DNA of 58,315 nucleotides, the filler included, from Platydemus manokwari (taxonomy: Eukaryota), in NCBI GenBank assembly GCA_037951405.1. It is 6 parts of 6 records of this genome, joined end to end, with 100 filler letters (N's around TTAATTAATTAA, not from the genome) between each part and the next. Parts side by side here need not be neighbours in the genome. Positions count along the whole stretch, not along the records: positions 1 to 9,852 come from JBBMOY011196988.1; positions 9,953 to 20,509 come from JBBMOY011124441.1; 4 more parts are not named here. One strand, given 5' to 3'. The first letter of the stretch is position 1. Each line of letters begins with the position of its first letter. Under the pieces are notes generated by a model. The model was not told the DNA's origin and did not search any database. It worked only from the letters and a program-made list of their open reading frames with translations. The translations under genes and the position numbers were made by a program. Of this stretch, positions 1 to 13,400 are shown piece after piece.

Positions 1-1564
1 AATGAATTACTTCTCGGTGTTAACGTGTCATACTTTAAGTCCATTTATTCAGTCATGCAAACTGAAACACGATATGGAAATGGGACAATCTTCTGTAAAT
101 TTCATGAATGGACACACATTTCATGGAGTTCTATTATTAAAATTTTCTTGAGTTGAACTCTATGTTGGATTACCATTAACTGTTGATATGAACTGTATTG
201 AATTCTTAATGTTTCACATATGTTAATCAATTGTTCAAATTGCTTTAATTTATCTAATGTTCTGTCAATGGGGATTTATTAAACAAACTAAAAATCACAC
301 ATATGGAATATGTCATCTACAAGTCATTAGTTTAAAATGGAAATATCTGCTTTCAAATTTTATGAAAATAACTCAAAAGAGAAATGAAATAATTGTTTGA
401 CTTGTACAACATAAGTAAAGTGTGCTTAAAACCTATTATTTTGTTATTTTCTGAATCCCAATTCCAGTATTTCTCTCATTCACCATTGATTTTTGCTAAA
501 TCTTTCCACCATATAATTTGATATTGATTTAAAAATCTAATATATGGTTGCCACATTCGATTCGATATAATTTATAATAATCTTTTCCTTGATACATTAA
601 TATGAACATAAATAACAAAACATTGACTGACTTTGTTATTTCAATTTTTATATTTATTCTAATGAGTCATGAATGAATAGATCTCCGTTAGCTATATTGT
701 AATAATTGAATAATTTTAAAAATATATTTACGTATGAATTATTTCATTAAATATTGAACATTTTCAAAAATTTTGAGATATGACTCGTACCGAAATGATT
801 TTAATGTCTCGTTATCGGTTTAAAGTTATAGCAAGTTCATCGTGATTCATTATCTGTTATACTTAAAGTTAAAATAAGTCACTGAAAAGTGCTTTGATTA
901 AAAAAAGTATTCCCAATTAAATTCGAAATTAAATTAACCAAAACACTTAAGAAAAAGGTCAAAATTAAACACTGGTAAACAGTTTACTATTCATAAATGA
1001 AACACAAATTTATAAATTACAATCTTAACCAATTACAAACAAACATTGTCTATTTATATCTGTACTGCAAAGATAATAGAAAACAAATTTCGTAAGTTAG
1101 ATTAAATTAAATTGTTTAAATAAATTAAAAAGTTAAAATACATTCCTAAATTTATTAAACTTCAACTGTGGCGCAGTGGTAAAATATATTCGATTAGTGC
1201 AATAACAAATAAATCACGCAAATATTTCCTATTAGTAAATGCAAATTTATTTTCTCACTATATATTTATATTAATATATAGAGATATATATAAAAAAGCC
1301 AAAAAACCCATGATACGAATCACAAACAATTAGATTAATCAACATTAATAAGCGGTCCATTTGAATAATAAAAAAAACAAACACCAATCACATAAAGATA
1401 TATATGAATGGCATATGAAAACGACTATTTAAATACAAATTAATAATAAACGGAATTTATCGAATTATTGATGATATTCGGCTTGAGAAACATTTACACA
1501 ATACAGAAATACGAATAAATAAAAGAGCAATTTTGATTTAATGGTTTTCTATATTATCACACAT

Positions 1565-4500
1565 TTATGCCTTTAAAAATTTGCCTTTAACAATGTGCTG
1601 CTTGGATTTGATTACGCCGAGTTTGTTGCTGACAGTTTTACGAGAGTTGTAAATAGGAATTCGTTTACGATTCTTCTCAAGACCCAAACGATTGGTGGGC
1701 TTCTTCACCTTATAGATTCTAACGAGCCAATGCTCAGTGGTATAGGCCTCCTCAATATGGTCCAAAGTGAAATGTTTCCTACCGATTTCGACATTTCTCG
1801 TCCTATCGAAACCTGGAGGCGTTCGGAAGTCGAGTTGTAAATCTCCAAATCGATAATAACTCATTTTATACATCATTGAATTCAACATGATGTGTGATGC
1901 TGCACTGTCAACTCGATATTCACCATTCGGTGTGAAATAATCGCTCTCTTTGATATCTTTTGGATGTTCACCTTCAGCTATTCTCACCATCCATAAAAAC
2001 TTGTTGATATCATCACCCGAATAACCAATAACACCACCAAATATCACCAATACATAATCCACATCCAAATCACGCATGATTCCATAAGCAGCCGATTCAT
2101 TTGATGCCATAGCTTTACCAACGAGAGCAATATGAGAATTATTCCATGTATTATTATCCACTAATGTTGTCCGATTGCCCATACCAGCAATCTGATATCC
2201 ATAATCCCACCATGACATAATACGAGCATCTTCATGTGTATTCTGACTGAGCCAGTAATAAGCTTCACGGAAATCATCGAGAATATTTCGCGATCCATCG
2301 GAATTGTATGTCGCCAATACAATGGATGGACTCGAATAAGCATTTGATGTCACCCAAGTGCAATGAACAACAAAAAGGAACATGACGATGATTAAAACAA
2401 GAATTGCTATGGTTTTAATATTGATGCCCATGAATTCATCACTGACATTAGCAGTGCTTCCTTCCACTGAATTGTTATCACCAGATGATTGGCTATTAGA
2501 TTTCGATTTATCCCCACTTGGACCAGATTTGGCACTTTTTTTCGGTTTGGGGATTTTATCGTACAGCATTTTCTCTTTGGGAGCGGTCGATGACAAAGTA
2601 GCAGTAGTAGTAGCATTGGGAATATTATTCAATGATACCACTGGTTCAACATTGGAATTTGCAACTGGTTGGATTTGATCTTCTTTCAAATACACTTCAA
2701 ACAGACGATTAAACACCACAGCTGCCAACACACAGACGACCGGTGTCAGAATGAGCATCAAACGAACCATGACGCCAGCGAAATACGAAGCACTGATCGC
2801 ATAGAGAATGATAAACACTCGCTCATCATTCACTTGTTTGATGCACAACCAAACACCAGCCGGAAATACGCAAGCCAACATGTGGAGATCGAAGAAAAAC
2901 GAGACCCATGTCGTTGGTTGATGTTCGGAGACACTGGCAATGATTGGAATATGAATTTTGGCATAACCAGTATCCCACAACGAATAGAATCGTCCACTCC
3001 ATGGAGCAATGACACCGAAATATGTCAAAACAATAACGGTGAAAAATACCAATGCTGCACTGAGAGTCACTGCCGAGACAAAAAAATTCCGAAATTGACT
3101 TTGGCTGAGTTTGGATTGAAGGAAACGCAACAGAGCATATGCCTACAAATGAGAAATGATATCTATCAAAATGTCCCTTAATGGCATCGAAATATCATAT
3201 CGACAAGACAATAAACTGATTAAAAACGACTCACTTGTAGAAGAACGAAAACACCAGCTGATGCCATATGTTCGCTCGTTTTGATTGGCTGAAAGCCAAC
3301 AAAAGGAATCTGCATCGAGAATAGAAGTCCCATGATATAAAATGTCGTGTATGCTACATAGATTCTCGAGCTGTACCGTTGCATGATAAGTAAAACAAAT
3401 ACGTGTAATGGAATAAGATTGATAATGAATACATAGCCACCCCAAGCGGAAACCATGTACAAATAGCTCAATGCACAAAATACACTCCACATCATTGTGC
3501 CCGTTTTGACGGACTTGATCCAGAGATAATATGTAAACATCAATGCGAATATGGCGATACCTTCATTATCATAGCTACCGGCCACTGATCGGCTAATATA
3601 TCCCGGCACTATACACGAAATGAAACATATAAAATCAACTTTATTAAATTGAGAAATTATCATTTCGTTATTTCAATTAAATAATCAAATACAGCTCATA
3701 TTTGTTAAAAAATAAGTGTTTATCAAATTAAGAAAAATCTTGTGATATTAACAATTATTTATTGTTTCATGGTTCACTGAACAAGTATACAATCGTAACA
3801 GTTTGGAAAATTTGATATTAGAATGATAAATGTTAAATTGATGCTTATTCATTATTATAAAGCAAAAAATAGGAATTCGCGATTTCCATTGAGAAACAGT
3901 TGAGATTATTGAAAGCGATTAGTCAGAGTTGATAAAAAATAATACATTATTCATATATTTGAATAATTAAATATTATTAGAAATCGAAAATATAAACATC
4001 TCAAACTTCTATGGTAACGACATTAACATTTTTAATAGAAAAATGAATTTTCTGTCAAATAATTTTCAAGATAAAGGTTAAAAATTGCATTAGATATAAA
4101 AATATTGATATGATTTATTAATGAAAATAGTTGTTGTATCATTAATAAATCTGATTTTGTAGAACATAACATCTAGTTTTATTTTAAAATATCGTAAAAG
4201 CTGTTTATCGAAAGTGAAAAAATCATAATCTAGCACTTGACATTTATCTGACGAAATGGATAAATCGCAATTTTTGTGTATGTATCAATAGAAATGAGTG
4301 CACAAAATTAGTCATAAAACATTGCAATTACCAATAGCTATGAAACATCCAGCTAAGAGTCCTGCGCCACTATTCCATAATTCTTTCGTCAACAGAAACG
4401 TAGCAATAACAGTTAATCCACTAAATATCGGCGCTAAAAACACACAAATATCCCTAATGTGCACCGGAAAGTTTAATAATTGCAATACATAATGTATTGA

Positions 4501-4847
4501 CCCTAAATGATTTTTAATATTAATTAATTTTAAATTACTTTTTTACCTGAAGTTAACATCAAACCAGGATAAACAGTACCACCTACTATTCGACCAAGTG
4601 GATACCAAGCTCTCTCATCAAACCAATTAACAAAATTATAAAATCCATTTTCAACCATGTGATGAGTAGCTCGATAATTAAACCATGGATCAAATTCGTG
4701 GATTATACTTTCAAATCGAATAACAGAAAATAAACGTGAACTAAAACCAACGAGCCATGCCAGAGATAGAATAAAAAACGTTAATAAGCTCGTCCATCCA
4801 CTTGGATTTACTAAAAGAGGTTCAGAGTGCTTTGAAGAAATAGCCAT
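1565..4847 (-). CDS. STT3B: Dolichyl-diphosphooligosaccharide--protein glycosyltransferase catalytic subunit, STT3B-type; exons 4847-4547, 4502-4332, 3608-3235, 3142-1565 (~807 aa)
   Basis: ORFs carry [52 protein letters not shown] and [11 protein letters not shown]. Hand-spliced GT-AG introns (44, 723, 92 bp) keep the frame; exon total 2424 nt. The LYDK-containing loop insert and the C-terminus look B-type. Confidence 0.96.
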
Positions 4848-5519
4848 GAAAAAATATAATTGGTGGATGTAATTTAAACGTATGCACTTTTGATTGCTTA
4901 TTTGTAATTAAATAAACAAATTCATTAAAATATTATTTGAAACACTTTCATCAGTACTTTGATTATTCAACTTGAATTTATCTTTATTTAAATGTATTTA
5001 GGAAAGACAATAAAACTAATAATTTTTTAATTTTATTTTATAATCGAAAGAAAATTTATTCAATTGAACCAAAAACTGAAATTAATATTTCATTTCGATC
5101 TTGTAATTTTTAGTTAATTAATCAAAATTAAATTTTATCTTTTTTATTTATTTCGTATCTCTGCTGAGTATAATTTGATGGCTTTCATGTTAAAATGATT
5201 TAGTTATTCTGCTTGACTTTTCAGCACTAACTAAAAATTTGATTACTTTTTAATTATAATATTTATTTTTATGTACTTTTTAATTTTGTGCTATTAATTA
5301 CTTTTAACCTAATTTATATATTTTAAATCTAAAACAGCAAGTATCTTTGCTTGTTATAAGCCTGAAATATTATATTTTGTATATGAAATTTTCATGATTC
5401 ACATTTTTTTATAGAAACAATTAGTAAAAAATACAAGTTCAATTATAAAATCAATTTCCAGAAGATCGCGGAATCATATGAAAGTCATATGAAAGATCTG
5501 AGTACTTCGAAAATTCAAA

Positions 5520-8500
5520 CAAAATCAATTATATTAGATGTTATCTAACTTCACTCTCCCGTTGTTTTTGAGATATTTTCAGCCACTCAATTCTTCGAGG
5601 TTTTGTCTGTCCCTGGAAGTCAAGAAGCACTTGATGTGATCTAAAAAAAATTCAAAATTCAGTGAAGACCTTCATAACGATCTCCATTCTTCTTTATATT
5701 GTGTGGCTCTTTCTTCATGAAGGTATCTTGTGAGTTTCTGTGAATGAATCTTTGACACAACAATTCGCTTCTTCCCATTCTAGCTAAACAGCACTGTATC
5801 TTCAAACAATTCATATTTCTCTAAATTGCAAAAAGATTTGCTTTTCTTGACCCATAAATTAACTCCCGTTTTCGTTTTTCTAAAACCATTTTCGAATGAA
5901 ACTAACAATAGTATCTTGTTGTTGAATCTTACTTAGTTCGTCATTATTTGCAATGGAATGCTCGACAACATTAATAAACCAAATTTTTGCCTTGCCTTCT
6001 TTAGCACCTTGGTTCTTAGTTAAACACTGTGAACAAAATGCTTCGCCTATCCTTGAGAGTCTATACGCATCTCCATGATTTGATCCCTTCCGATATTAAA
6101 ATTCTAAATTTAATCCGGATAAGTTTGCAAAACATGTTTGAAATTGAGGACTAATCGGTATGTTATTTTCTTCATGTATGTCAAGGATTTGTTATCTGTG
6201 CGAGTTACAAATTTCTTTTCAAGTAGACAATGCTTAAAATGCATAGTAAACTCGTGGAATACCAAAAGCTCTTTCCTCGTGACTCAGTAACATTTTTCAT
6301 AACTGTTATGAGTTTTAGAAAGGTGGGGTACTACTCTTTCTTTTCCAGTATTATCCAACTGGCTTAGAACGTCGCCATCGCTCTGAAACTAGTGGTGGTA
6401 TCTAAAATCATCTCTGTATTTGGACCAGGAAAGAGCCAAAATCAAAACTTTGCTTAATTGTTACTTTAAGATTCCAAATTTTCCTCACACTCTGTAGTCC
6501 ACTCCAACTTCTTGTCTCTTCCAGTCATCATATATAATGGACTCGTAATTAATAGGTAGTATTTGATAAATCATATGTAATAATTGCATCGTCTAGAAAC
6601 GACCTCAACCGAGTGATGCAAACAGGTTTAATTGCTTCTTTAATCTTCTTTAATTTGTCGTCAGTAGTTTCTATATCTTCTGCACTAACCATATGACCCA
6701 GGAAATTCAATTTTCTGATTTCAAATGCAAAGAACTGTCCCGTTCTAGTGCTGAGCACTGTTTTAAACTTAGAATCTTCCTCAAGTTTGACCTGATAATA
6801 TGCCTGGCCTAAATCTATAGTGAAGAAATCTGTCACACCATACAGTGAGTTTGATAAAGTTTGGATTTCAGATACAGGAAAAGAAAACTTCTTGGTCTTT
6901 TCGTTTAATTTTCTGAAGTCTAAATACATCTTGATCGATCCAACTTTCTTGCAAGGCGATTTCAAGAAGACTTTATATCAATTCTTGAATTTTGGTTTCT
7001 AAATTTAATGGCTACCTTCTGAGAATTTGTGCAATAGGTTCCCCTTTTGTACGGATCTCATGCTTCACCATTACTGTTAGTCCCAAATCGAACCAAGACG
7101 CCATTAAAAAAGCCATTTTTTATACACCTATTCCATGAAATATCATTCATATTGGCATTATTCTTAAATGCCATTTCGATTCCGTCTTGTCGTGCATTTC
7201 TTTCCCACATCTTTGGCATCATTTGATTCTATCCTGTGTTGAGTGAGATGAAATTCTACAAAAAGAGAAACGAAATTGCACCTTGGAACCCTAGTTTGGC
7301 ACTCTGAACATTTGCCTGTCTACACAGTCGTACAGGCATAGCAGTCAGCCAATCACAGTGAAATTAAATGGTCAATTACAATTGAAAAAAATCCGATAGC
7401 TAAACAAAACACATGTATAGGGATTGACCAATCCAACTAATGTAAAAACTTAAAAACCCAATAAGAACTCAGAAAAACCAATATCAAATCAAATGTGATA
7501 CAACATGAGACAAAAATACACACAGCACGCGAGCATAAAAATCGATGTAAAGATGGACAACAACAACATTTTGTATAGAAGTCAAGTGTTTTATATTAAT
7601 AAATACCCAACACATGCAAGGAATATTCTACAAGTCTTCATCATATCAACTTGTCCGATAAATCTTGGAGAAATTTCTTTTACTACGATGATCTACTTTA
7701 CAAGAATTTGATTGTTCCAAACTATTGGTTTCCTTATTTTCATTAAACTCGATATGCTTGAATTTGATAATACACCAGCCTATCGAACATCAGAACTTTT
7801 AATCTGCGGCTTTCTAATCCGCCTCCAATTACTGTCATTCATTATTGTTATCGATACACCAGGATCACATAACATTTCAATATGTGTACCGCTGCACTCA
7901 ATTTTACTCCACTGTCTACCATCTGTTTTCTGATACATCTGTGAGTGTTTCCTCTTCATTTTGCCATCTCTTACTTTTTTTACTTCTATTCTATCTCTAG
8001 CTGATATGTATCCTATTGAATCAACTCCATTGAAGAGATAAGCACAGGATGTTGATGCCAGTTTTTATCATCTACGGAAACTGAGCTGACACAATCACTT
8101 GCTTCATTTTGGTCTCAATATCGGCTTCATCATCTTCGTCATGAATGTACAGTATTCTCCTCGACCTATTTAACTAGGCTTTCTGGCTAAATGACATTCT
8201 CTGAACACATGTACTTCCTTTCGTATATTAAACTTTACTTAACAGTGGGCATTCAAACTTCTGGTGTTCAAGCTCACCACATCAAAAACATGTTCCTGGT
8301 TTCAAATAATCAACCTTTGTAAAATTTAGAAGGAATAGCCTTCATTGATCTTGTTGGTCTCATATTGTTTGGAGATTCCATATGATTAACTGCTGCACAA
8401 TTATATTCCTTTACACCAAAATCTCTTTCCTGCAGGATTGGACTTGTTTTTTGAAAGAAGTCTCCTTTTGAAAGGTTTTTCTTGGGTTACTTTAAAATAG

Positions 8501-8640
8501 GGACTGGGCATATGTCATCTTGATAGTTTTTATCGGCTTCGTTGGAGTTAACTTTTCTAAATTGACAGCTAACTCTCTTCTTCTATCATCGAACATTGTA
8601 GAGTCACGAGTAAATGACTCTTTCAATTTTTGCTATTTAG
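5520..8640 (-). mobile_element. Degenerate Ty3/Gypsy LTR retrotransposon, copy 1 (partial gag with Zn knuckles, protease, RT, RNase H, partial integrase); boundaries approximate
   Basis: RT motifs YLDFRKLNEKT, FFTIDLGQAYYQV and FLGHMVS in ORF 6549-6965. RNase H-like FKHCLLEKKFVTRTD and RKGSNHGDA in broken frames. Long nucleotide similarity to 21100-22260. Many stops and frameshifts. Confidence 0.88.
7237..7612. mobile_element. Solo-LTR-like insertion nested in Gypsy copy 1
   Basis: Starts TGTTGAGT and ends ACCCAACA (TG..CA with terminal inverted repeat). Flanked by near-TSD cctg/catg, with AATAAA just before the right end. Absent at the homologous position of Gypsy copy 2 (~21488-21496). Confidence 0.75.
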
Positions 8641-8644
8641 ACTA

Positions 8645-9776
8645 GTGGTTATATAAGCATGGTTTGTTATAATAGAATTTAGTACAAAATTATGATGGTT
8701 AAAATTAATACAATCAAGTTAAAGAAGTGTGCGATGAGAATGGCAAAAAGGTACGTGGAAAGTTGCAAAAGATCCTTAACATTGGAGTTGTTAAACGGAC
8801 GGATTTTAAAAAAAATCTAAAATATTTTCAGATGATTTATTGAATTGGATCAAACGATAACAGATGTGATGAAATAGTTCGCAGAGGAACACAGATTATA
8901 AAATTCATTATGATTGCAACATAGTACAAGTCTTAAAGGTAGGATAAATTTTATGTGGAATAAAGGCTGTACTGAAAGGGAACTCAGTAAAATTTGGAGT
9001 AATAATATACGAAATAGTTCTACCAAAAATCTGGGCAGACAAAAATCAAATAATAATGGAGGTACTAAATATGAAAAATTTTCATTCATGCAAAATGAAG
9101 ATGGGAGTCAAAAGATTGATACTCGTATGATAAGATTGTATCCTTTAAATAGAGATAAGGTGAATTTTAATGTTCACGGTGAGTGTGAATATTGTATACT
9201 TTTTAGATATATGAAATAAATTGATGGAAGTGAAAATTAAATATACAGAATGTTTTAATGAAGAAAATATAAACTGTCCCGTAAATGAAAAGGAAGATTC
9301 GTTTGAAATGAAAATGAAGGAATAAATAAAAATTATGGTAAAACTAGTATTCAAATTGATACTATATGAATCATGTAGGCAACACCGAGAAAGTAGAGAA
9401 GCTTACCAATTCAAGTGACTGAGAACCAATTATGGCATAAAGATGACCGAATTTTAGAAACCATTGATTAAGTACAGAATATTAAATAAATATCGTATTG
9501 ATTATATGATTGCCTACAGTTTCAAATTGAAGAATTCTCATATGTTAGGGACCCATATTAGCATGAAAATGAATTAAAAGTTAGAAAACCTTACTATACC
9601 AAATTTATCAGAACATTTTTTACTGAAACAGAACAAATGAAATAGTTGGAAGAACAAAGGTCTCTTATCAATTTTGAAGTTCAGGTTGCTTGAACTGACA
9701 TAGTTTTCAAGCTCTAGTTACTGGGATTAAAAAATTCCATTTCGAGCAAATTTTGAAAAAATATGTTTTGTGTTGT

Positions 9777-9780
<4 letters not shown>
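8645..9780 (+). pseudogene. Decayed coding-like segment, possibly an env/glycoprotein relic of a retroelement
   Basis: Purine-rich, with stop-interrupted frames giving Cys/Trp-containing peptides (CDENGKK, GTWKVAKDP*HWSC, IHYDCNIVQV, EIVLPKIWADK, ECFNEENINCP, LILYESCRQHRES). No intact ORF; identity is a guess. Confidence 0.3.
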
Positions 9781-9819
<39 letters not shown>

Positions 9820-9952
9820 GTTGTCCCATATGAAATGTCCGATTTTTATATANNNNNNNNNNNNNNNNNNNNNNNNNNNNNNNNNNNNNNNNNNNNTTAA
9901 TTAATTAANNNNNNNNNNNNNNNNNNNNNNNNNNNNNNNNNNNNNNNNNNNN

Positions 9953-10023
<71 letters not shown>
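9781..10023. repeat. (TA)n microsatellite, mariner-like TIR start (tattaggttgtcc), assembly linker 9853-9952, (ATT)n microsatellite
   Basis: Repeats and linker directly visible; the TIR call is by resemblance only. Confidence 0.9.
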
Positions 10024-10026
<3 letters not shown>

Positions 10027-10780
10027 AATGGCGAGATAGAATGAAATTTTAAAAGTGCAAAGTATTAAGGTAAATCAAGGTTCGATAAAAAATAATATGT
10101 TTTTAATAATCTTCAAGGTAAACTGGTAGGTTAATTATGAGTTGAGTTACATCGCCTATGTTTTGAAAGTCATAACTATTTTTCTATCATTATGTCATCA
10201 TTATGAATTTTTTTGGTCAAAATCTTTTACGTATTGTCTAAAATGCCATCTCTGTTTTTCGGATAATCTGAAAATCGTTATTTCGGAAATATACATTTTA
10301 TTTTTCATTCACATTTTCTCACTCTTTCATAAACGTCTGTATCCATACTTGTAAGAGTTTTCAAAATTATCAATGTCACATTTCAATGTAATGATACCGT
10401 TAACTGTAAATAAAGCACCCGGCTTGATACTGATTTTTCAAAAACTCCAAAAATTTCAACCAACTAGATAATGATTAAAATTATCGGATAAAATTCAAAA
10501 AATTAATTGATCTTGATATTAAAAAAAATTATTGTTTTATCCTTCGAATCAATAAAGAAAACACAAGATCAGAATGAAAATTATAAATATGAATTGCCTA
10601 TAATATCATTTATTGATTGAATAAAATCATATTTTGACAAAACACGTTTTATCATGATTAAATATCTTAATCCGATCGAATTTTGATTTCAAATACCAAC
10701 AATGAACACCGGATAATTTAACGATTAAAACAAAAGTCAATTTATTTATAAATATTTCATTTTATGAGATATGTCAACAT

Positions 10781-11967
10781 TTATCGATCGATTTTCCGAT
10801 TGACACAATTCAATGGATGATTGTCCGACATGTGTTGCCAAAAATCATCGATTTTCGTCGAACTGAAACCACATTCTTCACAAATGAAAATCTTCTCCCG
10901 ACGTTCTTTATAACCGTAAGGAAGGAAAATATTATGCAATTTTTTTAAATGACTTTCCAACGAACAACGCTGAGTGAATGATTTGAAACATTTCTGACAC
11001 TGATAGGGTCTGACTCCTGGAGATAGATGAGGATAAAATTTTATTTTTTTCAAATATTTAATAAACAATAAAATATTGTCATTTAAAGAAAAATTTATTT
11101 CTTTTTACGGTTACTATGGTTATTCATAGAATGGGAGTGAACTATTACATCACTAGAGCAGGACATACAATTGTAAAAATCTATGAAGATATTTTTGTTT
11201 TCTTATATATTACTAATAATTTATATTTATCTCATTAAGATTACGATAATTTTGCAGGTGTATAGTAGAGTTTGAGCTGAGAATGTATGCATTAATATAA
11301 TAATATACATATTTTAATTAGCTAATGAATATAAACATTAAAACAAATTATACCGACCCGTATGAGTTCTCGTATGCCTTTTCAAATCGAAAGTGTCGTT
11401 AAATCCTTTCAGACAGTATTTACAAAGATATTTACGAATTTTACTATGACTCTTAACGTGCCGATTAAAGAGACGGCTATTGGTGAATTCTTTGTTGCAT
11501 GTAGGACAATGCCAGAGATTTTTCATTTTTTCATCTGAAAAAAAAATCAACAGAATATTAAAAACCGATATGATTGTCAGTTGATTCTTCATGGTGATTT
11601 ACTTTTATTTTCCGTCAAATCGGCTATGGACAGAAAGTTTTGTTCGTCTGCTAATGGATTTTTTATGCCTGCCCCATTATTGACAAATTCAATATTCGAT
11701 TTTGGTATCTACAATTTCCGACAACTGGAATCAATATATCGATTAAATGCATATTCAATTTACCCAATTGATATTGTCTTTGACTATTCTACTAAATGGC
11801 CAATAATGTCGCCTGTCCATTAGCCATGAAAGCTGACGAGGAAATGGATAAAACTTAGTATGGAAATTTCCATAATCTACTCTTTCATTTCCTCCTAAAA
11901 TGGCTTCAATTCCGAATTTCAATTGTTTAGATGAACTACTACTGTTTTTGCTGTCCGACGATAACAT
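10781..11967 (-). CDS. ovo: Ovo/shavenbaby/OVOL-family C2H2 zinc-finger transcription factor; exons 11967-11764, 11708-11603, 11534-11358, 11016-10781 (~240 aa)
   Basis: Ovo-specific motif IEFVNNGAGIKNPLA in exon 2. Four fingers including C.[40 protein letters not shown].H and YGYKERREKIFICEECG. GT-AG introns of 55, 68 and 341 bp; exon total 723 nt in frame. Start ATG inferred; an in-frame ATG at ~12039 is an alternative. Confidence 0.93.
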
Positions 11968-12059
11968 TTGATTGACTTTTTGACATATGAACGTTATATA
12001 AATGACTTTTTTCTGGTTTTGTTTTCCATTGATTTTCATTGGCCAATAATCCAATCAAT

Positions 12060-13400
12060 AAGAAAAGTTTATTAATCGCAAAATGGAATTGAAATGACAA
12101 AAATGTATTATTATTGATCAGCGATTAAATCGTTAATTGAAAAATATAAAAGTATGCATTTGACCATTTGGTAGTGACCGGTGCGTCAATTTGATATAAT
12201 GCGACAGGTGATATAATCCTGCTTTCAAAGATGACTTGATTAATGAAAATTTTCAATCGACACACCTGTTCGAAAAGTATGTCAACGATCTGTTAGCTGG
12301 CTTAGTAAGGCGTGATGGAACATATGATGACAGTTGTGTACTTATGATTGTGTGTATGTGTGTTGGTGCGTAAATTATGGTTACAGAAGCACAAATTAAT
12401 AAACTCACCATTAGGTTTCATGCTTATGTAATGGACGCATTATTGGCTATTATATTTCACTTATAGATAACATCTACTTATGGATTAGAAAGGAAAATCG
12501 CTGTTAATATCTTATTAAGTAAGATAATGGAATGACATTGGTGGAGAGGGAGAATGGAGTGATTCCTCTGCATAACGGTTACAGGGTACATTATGGAATA
12601 CATTAAATATACTCCTGTTTTTATATCCTTTAATGGTTGATATAGATCACATCATCAACAAGAGGAAATCTTCGATTAGGCAGAAGAATTACTAATAAGA
12701 GAATTAAGTAGTACAACAATGAAATTAAATTTATTTCCGCTATGGATTTCTGCTATCGTCATAACCACGACATTCAATACAGTGTTATCATTAGACATTC
12801 AATTCGATAGATTTCTTTAAAACAAGGAACAAAATCATCACTATTTTTTGAGGAAAAAACATGTCGAAGTTAATAATATTAATTTGTTAACGATTGTATA
12901 ATGGTTATTTGTTCCACACTATACATTGTAAATCAATTGACATAGCTAGATCATGTCACTGTCATAGCAATGGAATAGATTGAGATAATGCATTATAATA
13001 CGGATAGTTTCCACTAATTAGTTAAGCTAATAAAAGGCGTCGATGCATTGTCGTTTCTTTTATCAAAAAACCATGTCCATAGTACCAAACTGCATAATGA
13101 TCGATACAATCAGACTGATATTAACGTAACAATACAATATTGTCCGTGGAGCATCTGTAAAATTACAAAGTAGTTATCAATTATCCTATTGTCAAAAGAT
13201 AATACTAATTCTGTTCCATTCTATTTTAGAACAGTATGCATCTACTTACCACAAATAACGATAAGACATCACCGCTACTACGATAATGCAAATGCTGTTC
13301 AGTCTAAAGTTATATAGATTAGCAAATGATTGTGTACAATAGTGTTGTGGTAGAAAATATGTTGACCTGTTTTACCAGAAGTAAATTAATCGGTTTTTTA
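12060..13400. promoter_or_regulatory. Putative ovo 5' promoter/enhancer region
   Basis: Apparently repeat-free, ORF-free and higher in complexity than its flanks, directly upstream of ovo. Contains CCAAT boxes, E-boxes (CAGGTG/CACCTG) and an Ovo-type site TAACGGTTAC at 12573-12582. Confidence 0.35.

Noticed and set aside
1165-1200. tRNA A-box-like TGTGGCGCAGTGGTA downstream of STT3
   Set aside because: No B-box or cloverleaf follows; at most a SINE or tRNA fragment.
1595-3181. Plus-strand ORFs (81, 98, 170 aa) overlapping STT3
   Set aside because: Antisense shadows of the real coding exon.
9897-9908. Regularly recurring TTAATTAATTAA palindrome as a biological repeat or CRISPR-like array
   Set aside because: Always centred in N runs; synthetic assembly linker.
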